A stretch of DNA of 64,000 nt from Octopus sinensis (GCF_006345805.1 NC_043021.1:21514001-21578000), one strand, 5' to 3'; numbered from the stretch's first letter, positions 1 to 13,060 are shown. Notes: generated from the letters alone by a model not told the origin. Numbers and translations are program-made.

Positions 1-267
1 ATCAGTGTCTCTTTATTGCATATTTATTCTCGATTATTCTATTTCACAAAAGTAATAATATTTTGTCGGTTCAATAGAATACCCATCTAGAAATATACAT
101 TATTTTTCTGATATAACACGCAAAACAAATACTTCTGACACTCAGAAAATTAATAATTTCTGTAAAAAAATAAAAAAAATAAAAATTACATTTTGAGCTT
201 AAAAATAAAATTCTTTAGTTAAAAAAAAGATATTGTATTACCTTTTTGCTGTATCTCTTCAGTGAAA

Positions 268-1430
268 TCATTGTGGTTGATACAGTTTCACGCATTTTTT
301 TCTTTTAGAATCAGAGTCCATGGTTGTTAGAGTCAAACGAACATCACCTCTATTTATGATTTCGAAGCGATTGCGAGATTTTGATGGTAGGAAAGACGTT
401 TGGTTAAAACCTGGTTCAATTCGGCAAGAAACATGAACTGCAATAAAATATAATTTTATTTCCTGCCAAAGTGCTGAGAATTTCATAGCAATTTCACTAC
501 CTGTCCATAAATTATTGAACTCATGGGTAATCAAACTGCTTGAGCAGCTCAATAAAGCTTTCTTGTAGCCTGATATCAACATCAGCTGCATTAATTTTTA
601 AAATGGGATCTACCATCCTAGATGTTTGTTCCTTCTCAAGCCATGCCCGGCTCAAAAGCGCCGGTTTCCCGGTTTCCTTGGCGTATGGGTTCCCCACCTG
701 GACGGGACGCCGGTCCGTCGCAGGTGAGCTGCAAGATGCAGGAGGAAAGAGGGAGAGAAAGTTGTGGCGAAAGAGTCAGCAGAAGTTCGCCATTACCTTC
801 TGCCGGAACCGCGTGGGGCTCAGGTGTTTCGCTCATAAACGCACACATCACCCGGTCTGAGATTCGAACCCGCGATTCCTCGACCGCGAGTCCGCTGCTC
901 TAACCACAAGGCCATGTACCTCCACACCATTCTACATAGAGTGCTGATTTTCAGATTTTTGAGCCTAACTTGCATATCATTGTACTATTTTACAAGTGCT
1001 CAATGTACACTAAAATATCTTTAAACTCCTCTTCTGCTGTGGCAAGAGTTGGAAAATGCATTAACTCCTTCCGCCAAAAATTTATCCGGAATGTATTAAG
1101 TTTTCCGAAATATCTTTCTCTCGCAGCTCCTCTACTGTGACAAGGGTTGGAAAATGCATTAAATCTATCAGCCAAATATTTATCCGAAATGGATTAACTT
1201 TTCCAAAACAAGCATTAATAGCCTCAATGAAAAATCTGTACTTTTACACTGCAGCTGTTCGTTGCGCAAATTTAGCTTCTCAAATATAGCTGAAAGGTAG
1301 AAACATGTCACATCTGGCGGATAGAATTTCTTCTTTAAGCTGCTTACCACTCAGAAACATTATATTGTCGCGAAGTTCAACAAAGTGACGCAGACAATTA
1401 CCCTGAGAGATTGTCACCAAAGCAGTACAT
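268..1430 (-). pseudogene. Degenerate hAT (Buster/Charlie/SCAND3-ZBED5-like) transposase, C-terminal half, split by a SINE
   Basis: Minus-strand translations: TALVTISQGNCLRHFVELRDNIMFL (1352-1426; cf. WLSxGxxLxRFxEL), FYLSAIFEKLNLRNEQLQ (about 1249-1305; cf. AYLADIFxKLNxLNxQLQ), GKLNTFRINFWRKELMHFPTL, and the dimerisation-like IEPGF..SKSRNRFEIINRGDVRLTL (268-450). Frameshifts and stops are present. Confidence 0.8.
624..925 (-). mobile_element. tRNA-derived SINE, family C head with RTE-like tail
   Basis: Minus strand reads TGGCCTTGTGGTTAGAGCAGCGGAC (A box) ... GGGTTCGAATCTC (B box) and ends GGGAAACCGG...GAGAAGGAACAAAC. Degenerate 12-bp TSD: accatcctagat (612-623) and accattctacat (926-937). 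Confidence 0.85.
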
Positions 1431-1789
1431 AATTACTTTATATAAGACTTTCCAATGCCAACTTGATACTTCAACCATCAATGATAAATTATTATCGAAC
1501 TGTCAAATGAAACCTTGTTTTCTATCACAACGGAACTTAAAATACGCGTATGTATAAGGATGTATGTTTTTGTGTGTACGTGCTTATAGTTTATGTGTGT
1601 GTATGCGTGTATATATGTTTTGGTGTGTATGTGCATGTAGTTTGTGTGTATGTGTGTGTGTATGATTTTTGTGAATATGTGTGTTTGTACGTATTTTTAT
1701 GTAAAATCTAAAGCGTTACTAGCAGTAGCCTAAAAATTTTAGGAAGAAATAGAGTGGTAGTTGTTTGGTTGCCTTCACTGAGCCCATGC

Positions 1790-2013
1790 CCCCTCCCCAA
1801 GCAAACTCCCAAATTTTTCTGTAGAGCTTTGCCGTAGCCCCTCATCAAATACCCAAATTTTTCTGTGGCCTCCCTGAACTTTGCCGTGGCCCCACACCAA
1901 ATTCCCAAATTTTCTTGTGGCCTCCCTGAACTTTGCCGTGGACCCCCATCAAATCTCCAAATTTTTCTGTGGCCTCCTTGAATTTTGCTGTGGCCCCGGG
2001 TTGAGAAGCACTG
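1790..2013. mobile_element. hAT-type element end with internal ~50-bp minisatellite
   Basis: Four units of cccaaatttttctgtggcctccctgaactttgccgtggcccc, ending in ttgagaagcactg (2001-2013), the reverse complement of a Charlie-like TIR CAGTGCTTCTCAA. The matching left TIR was not found. Confidence 0.55.
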
Positions 2014-2579
2014 GCATAAACTATGGGTTGTGTCGATCGATATTCTGTGTTTTTGTATGGGTCGGTGATTCGTGTGGATGAGGTGTAACGTCGGTTGTAG
2101 TGTATTGTGGCTGATTGCTGTATGGCTTCTGTGTAAGGCGGGAATACAACGTCGAGTATCGGTTATGTAAAATATGCGCCGTCTGGTTTCATTGAGTAGT
2201 TATTGTATAGGGTACGTGTGCTGATATTTTATCGGGTGGTGATTGTAAAGAGCATGTGTGGTGCTGTTATACCGGGTGGCCACAATGCGGATAAGGTAGT
2301 GTTATACTGCTTAGCGGTAATCGTGCAGGGTGTGTGTAGTATAGCTTTATTGAGAGGACATTGCACAAAGGTATGTGTTATCTTATTGGGTGATTGTATG
2401 GGGTATGAGTAGATTGTATAGGATATGTGTATAGGGTTGGTTGCGTATGTGTGGTGCTGTTTCAGTAGCGTGTTTTTATTGGGAGGTGATTATTAAGGTA
2501 TGAGTTTTGTATCATTTGGGGGTGATTGTAAAGAGGACAGAAAAATGATCTCTGAATGGTCGGGCGGAACTGACCAACG

Positions 2580-3229
2580 GTTAACTCTTTTGATACCGAC
2601 CCTAATTCCATGATGCACACTTCCTGTCTTAAAGGGACCTAAATTAAAATCTTCCATCAAAATTTTGTGTTTTATTCATGATTCAAAAACCAGCTCAATA
2701 ATGACAAAATTATTTTACGAAATTCGTTTTTAATTTCAAAACAAATTTAAGAAAATGGAGCGTATTTCAATTGAAATATAATTATAAAATAGTTAATGTT
2801 TTTGGGCAATAATCAACTTGAGACTGCTCCTGGTTCTAGCTACAAATTTTTTGTTTTAAATTACTCTAAATTAAAACCTTCCTTCGAAATTTTATCTTGA
2901 TTTATGTTCCAAACACTAGCTTAATACCGACAAGGTTCATTATTTTAAAAATGACTAGAAACAAAGGCAGTATACTACAACAAAAAATTTGGTAACAAAA
3001 GGGTTTTAACCTCGTTTGATTCCAACCTGTCAGAGACTATTCTTGATTCTATGATAGATAAGCTTCCTGTTTTAAAGTGATCCAAATTAAAAACTTCCAT
3101 CAAAATCTCCTGCTTGTCCACACCATCTTAATAATGACACACACCTTCTTAATGTTCCAAAATTCCTCATTATGTTCTGAATTAATTGACAGCCATATTT
3201 CAACCGGAATGTAGCAACGAAAGAGTTAA
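2580..3229. mobile_element. TTAA-bounded MITE(s), piggyBac-like ends
   Basis: Starts ttaactcttttgatac and ends gtagcaacgaaagagttaa. A second junction ggtaacaaaagggttttaacc lies near 3000. The internal motif cttcctgt.ttaaag.ga.c.aaattaaaa.cttccatcaaaat recurs near 2620, 2850 and 3065. Confidence 0.5.
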
Positions 3230-3231
3230 AT

Positions 3232-3573
3232 CATAGGTTCTCAACGAGAGCGCTACCGCCCCCTGGTGGGCGTTGAGAGGGTCCAGGTAGGCGCTGGTGG
3301 CTAATGGGGGGATGCGGGGGAAGGGGTGCTGTAGAGAAAGAGGAGGCGTTGGGAGGAAGGCAGTGAATTGGGGTCACTATGAATTTATTATAATATCATT
3401 ATAGTATTGTATACAAATTATATAATATTATATTAAATATCAAATGATTTATAGTATATGTAAATTAGTCAAATATAAAATATTTATTAATGCATAAAAA
3501 TAGGGGTGGGGGCGCTGAGGGTATTATGTGGCCATGGGGCGGGGAAGTGGCCCAAAACGTTTGAGAACTTCTG
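3232..3573. mobile_element. hAT (Buster/Charlie-type) MITE
   Basis: Imperfect TIRs cataggttctcaac and gtttgagaacttctg. The 8-bp TSD agttaaat/ggttaaat has a central TA (NNNTANNN), typical of Buster-type hATs. Confidence 0.75.
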
Positions 3574-5024
3574 GGTTAAATGGTCATCTGTGTTGCACTA
3601 CATGTTGAGCGAGCGTCGCGTCCTGTACCGAGAAAAATTTCATTAAATTATTCTCCTTCGTTTCTTGTGTCAAAACAAAAATTCCGCTGGTCAGGTTGTT
3701 CATTTGATGGTGATGGCGTGGAGAATATGCTGTCTGAATTGTGTTAATCTATTGGATACAGATTCTGCAGGGTATATATATAGGATTGTATATCGAGTTT
3801 GTATGAAGTCTGGATGGTGTACAGAAGGTTTACTGTGCAGAAAGTTGTGCTCTGGAATCGAAAGCGTGTTCCTTTAGAGTACTTTAGGATTGTGTTACAT
3901 TATCAGCCTTGGTATGGTTTATTTATATTTTTGCTTGTAACAAGAATTTGGAGGAGGAACCGGAATAGATACTTCCCTCTGATGTGTTAAATTAATCTGA
4001 GTTTCTTTAATGTAGAGAGAAAGCCACAGACCACCCAATGTGAATTCTTCCCCCAATTCGGGGATCCTTTTTTTGTTTTTCCTTGCTGTTATTCCACAAT
4101 GTTATTACATAATTCAGTGGAACAGAGCCGGATTAAGACCTATACAGGCCCTAAACCCTTAAAAGATATTGGTGCTTCCATATATAATTAAAAATATAAG
4201 CAATAATAAACCATAAAATAAACTTTTATTTTTCAAAATGACTCAAAATTAACAGAAAGATGGAAAATAATGCTTATTTTTGTAATACTTCCACATTATT
4301 TATTTTTGTAAAGGTTTCTCCTACTTTCTTTTCAATAGCAAATTCTAAGATCAGATCCTCATCATGACACCATGAATGCTTCAGAATTATATTTCCGATC
4401 ATATAAAACACTTCAAAAATTTTTCCAACTTAGAGTTGCCGTCAACAACCATGGCTGGTTGTTGACAAATTTTTCCGCCTTCTAAGGATAATTTACCCAA
4501 TATGTCTGTTGTTTTAACGGCAACCCTTGTTATTTGCATCGTACAATACACATTTTCGACGCTTCCAATAAAAGAACAAATACTTCTTTGCTTACATTTA
4601 TACACACTTCGAAAATTATATTAGCAAGTTTAAAGTGATTTCTTTTGTGCCTTAAACCATCTACTATTTCTGTGCCTTAAACCATCTACTCTTCCCTCGA
4701 TACCCTAAGCGTGTGCTTGTTTTACTTAATGATTAACCCAGCACTGAGTGCAATCGCATCAACGACCATGTAGCAATTGGTGCGACGAAAACTTCGACAC
4801 CAAATAATAATTTTTTAATAGTTTTCGTGTGTTTTTGACTGGCCGATGCATGGCTTCCGGGCTGGAATCATTTTAGTTTCCACACTCAGTCTCAAATCGA
4901 ATTACTTGCTTGGCGAATACACCCACGTAAAATAATTACATTTGCAGTTTTATTTCCTGTTAATGGCTGTCTCTTTATTGATTTGTAAATCTCAACCCTT
5001 TTAAAATAAATTTAATGTTGTGCT

Positions 5025-5340
5025 GTGAAGACGCGTGACAGAGTGGTTAGATTATTCCGCTCACGATCGCAAGTTTGTCAGTTCGATACCGGGCTGCACA
5101 TCGTGTTCTTGAGCAAGACACCTTATTTCACGTAGCTCCACTCCACTCAGCTGGCAAAAATGAGTTGTACCAGCAATTCAAAGGGTCAGCCGTGTCACTT
5201 TCTGTGTCACGCTGAATCTTCCTGAGAACTACCTTTAAAGGTACATGTATCCGTGGAGTGCTTAGCCATTTGTACGAGCAGGATATTCGGTTGATTGTAT
5301 CAACTGGAAGCCTCGTCGTCGTCACCGACGGAGTACCAGT
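5025..5340 (+). mobile_element. tRNA SINE with CORE-like middle and the same tail as family C copies at 60265 and 62830
   Basis: A/B-box-like head, then cttgagcaagacaccttatttcacgtagctccactccactcagctgg, then tail gtcacgctgaatcttcctgagaactac...gtcgtcaccgacggagt. Confidence 0.7.
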
Positions 5341-5437
5341 ATTCGGTGTTGTAAATCACCCACTGTTTCTTATATAAAAGGCTGAAGACACAACGCGTCT
5401 GAGGACACCAACCATGTTGTTGCTTTTGTTGTTGTTG

Positions 5438-5811
5438 CTGTTGAGCGAAGCGGTCTTCGTTCCAGAGCTCGCAAGATGGGAGAAGTCCGAAACGTGGTCC
5501 TTTGCTATTCGTAAGACCTGCAGAAGAGAAAGCAGGTCAACCCCCGACACCGAGAGCATCGACGGATGGATGAATGCGCATCCAGGCTCAGCGGTTGCGT
5601 AGGAAGTCGGGGACAAGAAACAGGAAGAAAGAGTGAGAGAAAGTTGGGGCGAAAGAGTACAACAGGGGCCGCCACCACCCCCTGCCGGAGGCTCGTGGAG
5701 CTTTAGGTGTTTTCGCTCAATAAACACACACAACGCCCGGTCTGGGAATCGAAACCGCGATCCTCCGATCGCGAGTCTGCTGCCCTCACCATTGGGCCAT
5801 TGCGCCTCCAC
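5438..5811 (-). mobile_element. tRNA SINE, family C head with a third tail type
   Basis: Head matches 62830-62990 on the minus strand, but the 3' half is different. Flanked by duplicated gttgttgcttttgttgttgttg (5416-5437 and 5815-5836). Confidence 0.8.
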
Positions 5812-5865
5812 GTTGTTGTTGCTTTTGTTGTTGTTGTTGTTACTGTTTAGACACCGGAAGGCGTC

Positions 5866-6570
5866 GAGCTGACAAATCCATTAGCAAAGTCGGACAAAAT
5901 GCTTGGTGGCCTATCTTTCGGCTTTTCATGTTCTGAGTTCAAATTACACTGAGGTCGACTTTACCTTTCAACCTTTCAGGGTGAATAAAATAAATACCAC
6001 TTGAATACTGGGGTCGATATAATCGACTTGCACCCTCTAACAAAATTGCTGGCTTTGTGTCGAAATTTGAAAGTGCTGTTACCATTACTGTCAAGGCAGA
6101 GAGCTGGGAGGAGTGGTTGCATGCCGGATAAAATGCTTAGCGGCATTTCTTACAGCATTTCACGTTCTGAGTTCAAATTCCGCCGAGGTCGACTTTGCCT
6201 TTCATCCTTTCAGGGGTCAATAAAAGTAAGTACCAGTCAGGTACCAGCGGGGTATCAATATAGTCAAATAGGGCGCTGAGCTGGCAGAATCGTTAGCACC
6301 CTAGGCTAAATGCTTAGAGGTTTTTCGTCTGCTGTTACGTTCTGAGTTCAAATTCCGCCGAGGTCGACTTTGCCTTTCATCCTTTTCGGGGTCGATTAAA
6401 TAAGTACCAGTTACGCCCTGGGGTCCATCTAATCAACTAAATCCCTTTGTCTGTCTTTGTTTGGCCTCTCTATGTTTATCTCCCCACCTTTGTGGGCAAT
6501 AAAGAAATAAATATAGTTGAATTGCCCATCCCCTCAAAATTGCTGGCCTTGTGTAAAAGTTAAGAGTTCG
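5866..6570 (+). mobile_element. Three family-A SINE copies, one nested inside another
   Basis: Repeated gttctgagttcaaatt..ccgaggtcgactttgcctttca core. The copy at about 6271-6510 interrupts the copy starting about 6095, with degenerate duplication aatatagtcaaat/aatatagttgaat. Confidence 0.75.
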
Positions 6571-7095
6571 TTTAGACCCAGGTCAACATTTATCGTGCAG
6601 ATATATTACTAAAGTTGGTCCAACCGTGACCATGCCGTCTTTGGATAGGACGGGCATGGAAAGGGCTGGTACGACGTAAAAGGCAGGCTACTGGGGTTTC
6701 TAGGATTAGAATGTGTGCGCTCTGCATTTTCTTTAAAACGGTGAACTGTTATTTTGAAGGAGATGCTGGCTGCTACTTCTAGCAGATCGAGCATCCAATC
6801 ACGTAAGATATTCTCTCTCGCTCGTTCGTTGCAAATATTGTTATTTCTGTTGTTGTTGTTGTTGTTGCTATGGCTCAATCTGTTGCCATGGTAACTATAG
6901 ACAGTCACCCCTACGACTGTTGTTGGTAAGACAGAGGTCAAGATTGATCCAGCTGACCTATGATCCAGGTTGGTCCAACCGTGACCATATCGATTCTTGA
7001 TTGGTTGGGCGTTAAAAGCCGGTGGATGTGGGGGTGGGGGTCTTGGATTGTATTATTTAATGTGTTTCGCCTTTAAAAAGAAAACAAAAAAAACA

Positions 7096-7260
7096 GGCGT
7101 AGGAGTGGCTGTGTGGTAAGTAGCTTGCTTACCAACCACATGGTTCCGGGTTCAGTCTCACTGCGTGGCACCTTGGGCAAGTGTCTTCTACTATAGCCTC
7201 GGGCCGACCAAAGCCTTATGAGTGGATTTGGTAGACGGAAACTGAAAGAAGCCCATCGCA

Positions 7261-7303
<43 letters not shown>

Positions 7304-7524
7304 ATATGTTTGTGTGTCTGCGTTTGTCCCCCAACATCGCTTGAGAACCGATGCTGGTGTGTTTATGTTCCCGTAACTTAGCTGTTCGGCAAAAATGACC
7401 GATAGAATAAGTACTAGGCTTACACAGAATAAGTCTTGGGGTCGATTTGCTCGACTAAAGGCGTTGCTCCAGCATGGCCACAGTCAAATGACTGAAACAA
7501 ATAAAATATTAAAAGAGTAAAGAG
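7096..7524 (+). mobile_element. Family B SINE, full length
   Basis: TGGCTGTGTGGT A box, GGTTCAGTC B box, ccttgggcaagtgtctt, internal (TA)n(TG)n, tail aaatgactgaaacaa.taaaa. Confidence 0.9.
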
Positions 7525-7619
7525 AAACGGTGTCTAGTGATTTAAGGGAGATATTAGCTATTATTTCCAGCAGGCCGGGCGTCCAGTCATTTAAGAGGTT
7601 CTTTCGCATTCGCTCGTTG

Positions 7620-8567
7620 CTAATGTTGCTGCTGTTGTTGCTATTGCTCACATCGCTGCTATCGTAACTACAGACAGCCATCACTAGCACTACCGCCGCT
7701 GCTGCTGCTGCTGTTGCTGCTGCAGCTGCCGTCTACTGCTGCTACAGCTGCTGCTGCTGCTACTGCTGTTGTTGTTGCTGCCGTTACAGGCTGCTACTGC
7801 TGTTGCTGTCGCTATCGTTGCCGCCTGTTGCTAACGTTGCTACGGTGTTCCTGACATCCAGTCTCGTAAACGTTGTTCCAGTAGCAAACCAACTATTGTT
7901 CACGCAACTTAAAGAGATTACACTAACATCACAAAGTAGGTATCCCATCATGCCATTCTTTCATCTCTACTTTCACTTTCGCTTTTGCTTCTTGTCTTTA
8001 TGGCTTTCGTCTTGTCACACCGGCTGACTTTTATGTTTGCTTACCAATATTCTCTTTCTCTTTCTCCCTCTTTCTCTCTCCCTCTCTGCAATCTCTCACT
8101 TTCTCTCATCATGCTGTTTCCCTTTCTTTCTATCCCCTCTCTACGTTTCTCTCTTTTTTCACTTTTCAATCTCTCTCTCTCTTTTTTTTCACCTACTCTT
8201 TTCTACTTTCTTTCTCTTTCCCCTTTTCGTTCAATTTCTCTCTCTCTCTTCTTCCTCGTCTTTCTCTCTCTCTCTCTTTTATCCGTGTCTCTTCCCTTCA
8301 CTCCTCACTCTCTACCCCCTCTCTCTTACCTACTATTCCACCTTTCCGTATTCAATTCTTTCAGTCAGTTATTCTTTTCTTTTTCCTTTTCTTTCTTTCT
8401 TTCTTTCTTTCTTTATTTCTTTCCTTCCTTCCTTCCTTTATTAGTAATTTCTTATTTCGTTCAGAATTTACACCTTTCATTCTTTCTCTTCCCTATTTAG
8501 AATTTTGTCTACTTCAATCAATCACTAAATCAATCAGTCAATCAATCAATCAGTCAGTCTATCTATC

Positions 8568-8650
<83 letters not shown>

Positions 8651-8677
8651 TTCTCTCTCTCTCTATATATATATATG

Positions 8678-8736
<59 letters not shown>

Positions 8737-8765
8737 ATATGTGTGTATATATATATATCCGTCAG

Positions 8766-8818
<53 letters not shown>

Positions 8819-8854
8819 ATCTATCTATCTATCTGTCTCTCTATCTGCCTGCCG

Positions 8855-8895
<41 letters not shown>

Positions 8896-9058
8896 CGTAA
8901 CATTTTCACTTTCTTTCTTCCTTTCTTCCTTCCTTCCTTCCTTTCTTCTTTCCTTTTTGTCCTTGCTTTCTTTTCAATTTCGTTTATTTTCCCCAGTTTC
9001 CTCACTTCAAAAATCTCTCTTCTCTTTCTCTTTCTTCCTTCAGCCATCTCTCTCTCTC

Positions 9059-9096
<38 letters not shown>

Positions 9097-9110
9097 TCTC
9101 TGTTGCACAT
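7620..9110. repeat. Simple-repeat block: (GCT/GTT)n, CT-rich, (TCTA)n, (TA)n, (CT)n
   Basis: Directly visible low-complexity tracts that explain the ORFs called here. Confidence 0.9.
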
Positions 9111-9420
9111 TTCATTCTTACAGTTCCGAGTTCACATCCCTCCAGAGATACCTTACACCTTTCTCTCTGCTGGGACCAACAATATAAGCACCCATAGATA
9201 CTGGAAGGAAATCCGTTTTCCGAATCCTTCCCAAACCCCTTAAAGCATTTCTCGTTCTGTCATTTCTAAACTTCACATTAACGCATGAAAAGGTTGTTCT
9301 TCTTATTGTCGTCATTGCTCTCACAATTTTTTTTATTTTCCCACTTGTTTTAATTGTTGTTGTTGTTATTTCATTACTGTTCTTGTCATTATATATATTT
9401 TTATTCTTCTTACTATTATC

Positions 9421-10282
9421 AAAGTCGGCGAGCTGGCAGAATCGTTAGCACATCAGACAAAAAATACTTAGCGGCGTTTCGTCCGTCTTTACGTTCTGAG
9501 TTCAAATTCCGCCGAGCTCTACTTTGCCTTTCGTTCTTTCGGGGGTCGATAAATTAAGTACCAGTTGCGTACCGGGTTCGATCTAATCGACTGGCTCCCC
9601 GCCCTAAAATTTCCGGGTCTTGTGCCTAGAGTAGAAAAGGATATTTAAAGGCGGCGAGCTGGCAGGGCGAAATGCTTAGCGGCATTTCGTCCGCCTTTAC
9701 ATTCTGAGTTCAAATTCCGCCGAGGTCTACTTTTCCTTTCGTTCATTCGGGATCGATAAATTAAGTACCAGTTGCGTACTGGAGTCGATCTAATCGACTG
9801 GCTCCCCTCCCTAAAAATTTCGGGCCTTGTGCCTAGAGTAGAAAAGGATATTTAAAGGCGGCGAGCTGGCAGGAATGTTAGCACGCCGGGTGAAATGCTT
9901 AGCGGTACTTCGTCCGTCTTTACGTTCTGAGTTCAAATTCCGCCGAGGTCTACTTTTCCTTTCGTCCATTCGGGATCGATAAATTAAGTACCAGTTGCGT
10001 ACTGGAGTCGATCTAATCGACTGGCTCCCTCCCCCAAATTCCGGGCCTTGTGCCTAGAGTAGAAAAGAATAAAAGGCGGTGAGCTGGTAGAAACGTTAGC
10101 ACGCCGGGTGAAATGCTTAGCGGTACTTCGTTCGTTTTTACAGTCTGAGTTCAAATTCCGCCGAGGTCGACTTATCTTTCATCCCTTTCGGGATCGATAA
10201 AATAAATATCAGTAGGACTCTGGGATCGATGTAATCAATTGAACCCCTACCCAAAATTGTTGGCCTTGTGCCAAAAATTTAA

Positions 10283-10341
<59 letters not shown>

Positions 10342-10553
10342 GGCGGTGAGCTGGCAGAAACGTTAGCACGCCGGGTGAAATGCTTAGCAGTATTTCGCCT
10401 TTCTTTATGTTCTGAGTTCAAATTCTGCCGAGGTCGACTTTGCCTTTCATCCTTTCGGGGTCGATAAATTAAGTACCAGTGAAACACTGGGGTTGATGTA
10501 ATCGACTACCTATCCCCCCCGAAATTTCAGGCCTTGTACCTTTAGCAGAAAGA

Positions 10554-10618
<65 letters not shown>

Positions 10619-11412
10619 CATCATCATTGCAGAATTGTTAGCGCGCTGGGCGAAATGCTTAGCGGGATTTCGCCCGTCGTTACGTTCTGAGTTCAAATTC
10701 CGCCGAGGTCAGCTTTGCCTTTCATCCTTTCGGAGTCGATAAATTAAGTACCAGTGAAACACTGGTAATCGACTTGTCCCCTCCTACGAAATTTCAGGCT
10801 TTGTGTCTTTACTAGAAATGGTTATTACTCATTTCTACTATTGGCACAAGGCCCGAACATTTGGAGGAGGGAGCCAGTCGATTAGGTCGACCCCAGTACG
10901 TAACAGGTACTTAATTTATCGACCCCGAAAAGATGAAAGGCAAAGTTGACATCGGCGGAATTTGAACCCGGAACGTAAAGACAGGCGAAATACCTATTTC
11001 TTTACTACCCACAAGGGGCTAAACACAGAGGGGACAAACAAGAACACACAAACGGATTTAGTCGTATATATCGACCCCAGTGTGTAACTGGTACTTATTT
11101 AATCGACCCCGAAAGGATGAAAGGTAAAGTTGACCTCGGTGGAATTTGAACTCAGAACAAAGAGACAGGCGAAATACCTATTCCTTTACAACCCACAAGG
11201 GGCTAAACACAGAGGGGACAAACAAGGACAGACAAACGGATTAAATAGATTATATCGACCCCAGTGCGTAACTGGTACTTATTTAATCGACCCCGAAAGG
11301 ATGAAAGGCAAAGTCGACCTCGGCGGAATTTGAACTCAGAACGTAACGGCAGACGAAAAACCGCTTAGCATTTCGCCCGGCGTGCTAACGGTTCTGCCAG
11401 CTCGCCGCCATA
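9421..11412. mobile_element. Cluster of nine family-A SINE units: six on + (9421-10825), then a three-unit headless concatemer on - (about 10830-11412)
   Basis: Head aaggcggcgagctggcag at about 9425, 9647, 9854, 10072, 10340, 10625. Minus units join at gaaatacctatttc (about 10987 and 11172), and only the last carries the A-box head. Confidence 0.9.
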
Positions 11413-11504
11413 AGAAAGGATTGTTGTTGTTGTTGTTGTTGTTAAGGTGGCAAGTTGGCAGTGTCGTTAGCTTCGGAGACGGCTCGGGGTTTGCAGAGTT
11501 AAAC

Positions 11505-12072
11505 AGTGCGTGTATGTGCGTGTGTGCATGTGTGTGTGTGTGTAAGTTCATGTGTGTGCATGCATGCGCGTGTGTATGTATGTGTGTGTGTGAGTGCGTG
11601 TGTGTATGTATATGTGTATGTGTGTGTGTGTATGTGTGTGTGTGTGTAAGTTCATGTGTGTGCATGCATGCGCGTGTGTATGTATGTGTGTGTGTGAGTG
11701 CGTGTGTGTATGTATATGTGTATGTGTGTGTGTGTATGTGTGTGTGTATGTATCTGCATGCGTGTATGTGTGTGTGTGTGTGCGTGCGCGAGTTTGCGTG
11801 CATGTGCGCGTTTGCGTGTATGCGTGTATCTATATGTGTATGTATGCATGCGTGTGCCTGTATGTACGTGTGTGAGTGTGTGTGCATACGTGCGAGTGTG
11901 TATGTGCGTGTGTGTGTGAGAGAGTGTGTGAGTGTATGTGTATGTGTGTGTGATTCTGCATGCGTGTGCGCGTGTGTTTGGAAGGAGCAGAGATAAAGAT
12001 AGTGCGTGTGTGCGTTTGGGAATAGGAGAGGGAGAGAGAGTAAGAAAGAGGGTGAGATAGAGATAGATAGAT

Positions 12073-12116
<44 letters not shown>

Positions 12117-12175
12117 CGAGAGAGAGAAAGAGAGAGAGAAAGAGAGAGAAAGGGAGAGAGCGAGAGAGGAGAGTA
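11505..12175. repeat. Degenerate (TG)n followed by (GA)n microsatellite
   Basis: Directly visible. Confidence 0.9.
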
Positions 12176-12571
12176 TCGATTAGAAAGCAGAAAAGTCAAC
12201 AGGTGTGCTACGAATATTTTACAAAGCAATATGATATTTGCGTTCCGGGTTCAAATCCCGCGAGGTTCACTTAGATTTTTATATCGTTCTGGGGCTGATA
12301 AAATAAAGTACTAGCCAAGTACCGGGGAGTACATATTGTCCTTTTTTTTCTTCTTTCCTTTACCCACCCGACAATAACATTTCTGCCCGTGTACCTAGGT
12401 TAAGAATCTATGAGTGTGTTTGCACCAACGGGAACATCACTACCACCACCATCACTACCATAACAACAGCAACAACAACGACAACAACAATAGCAATAAC
12501 AATAGAATGTCAGTTGACAATGTTAGAAATAACAGCTAAATCTCATTCAAATCACGCCCTGTTATTTTATG

Positions 12572-12589
12572 GTGATGATGAAGAAGATG

Positions 12590-12666
<77 letters not shown>

Positions 12667-12825
12667 GTTGATGGAGAAGAAGAAGAAGAAGAAGAAGAAG
12701 AAGAAGACGAAGAAGATGATGATGATGATGATGAAGATGAAGAAGAAGAAGATGATGATGATGATGATGATGATGACGGTGAAGAAGAAGAAGAAGAAGA
12801 AGAAGAAGAAGAAGAAGACGAAGAA

Positions 12826-12857
<32 letters not shown>

Positions 12858-13060
12858 CGATGAAGAAGAAGAAGAAGATGATGATGATGATGATGATGAT
12901 GGTGAAGAAGAAGAAGAAGAAGAGGAAGAAGAAGACGAAGAAGATGATGATGATGATGATGATGACGATGAAGAAGAAGAAGAAGAAGATGATGATGATG
13001 ATGATGATGACGGTGAAGAGAAGAAGAAGAAGAAGAAGAAGAAGAAGAAGAAGAAGAAAT
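12572..13060. repeat. Compound (GAT)n/(GAA)n triplet repeat with ~120-bp higher-order period
   Basis: The block ggt-gaa(n)-gac-gaa-gaa-gat(n)-gaa(n)-gat(n) recurs about four times. Confidence 0.9.

Noticed and set aside
4118-4620. Possible second hAT remnant (cagagccggattaag TIR-like start; weak PAMVVDGNSKL similarity to PVTVASGERSFSKL)
   Set aside because: Similarity too weak to call by eye, and no partner TIR or TSD.
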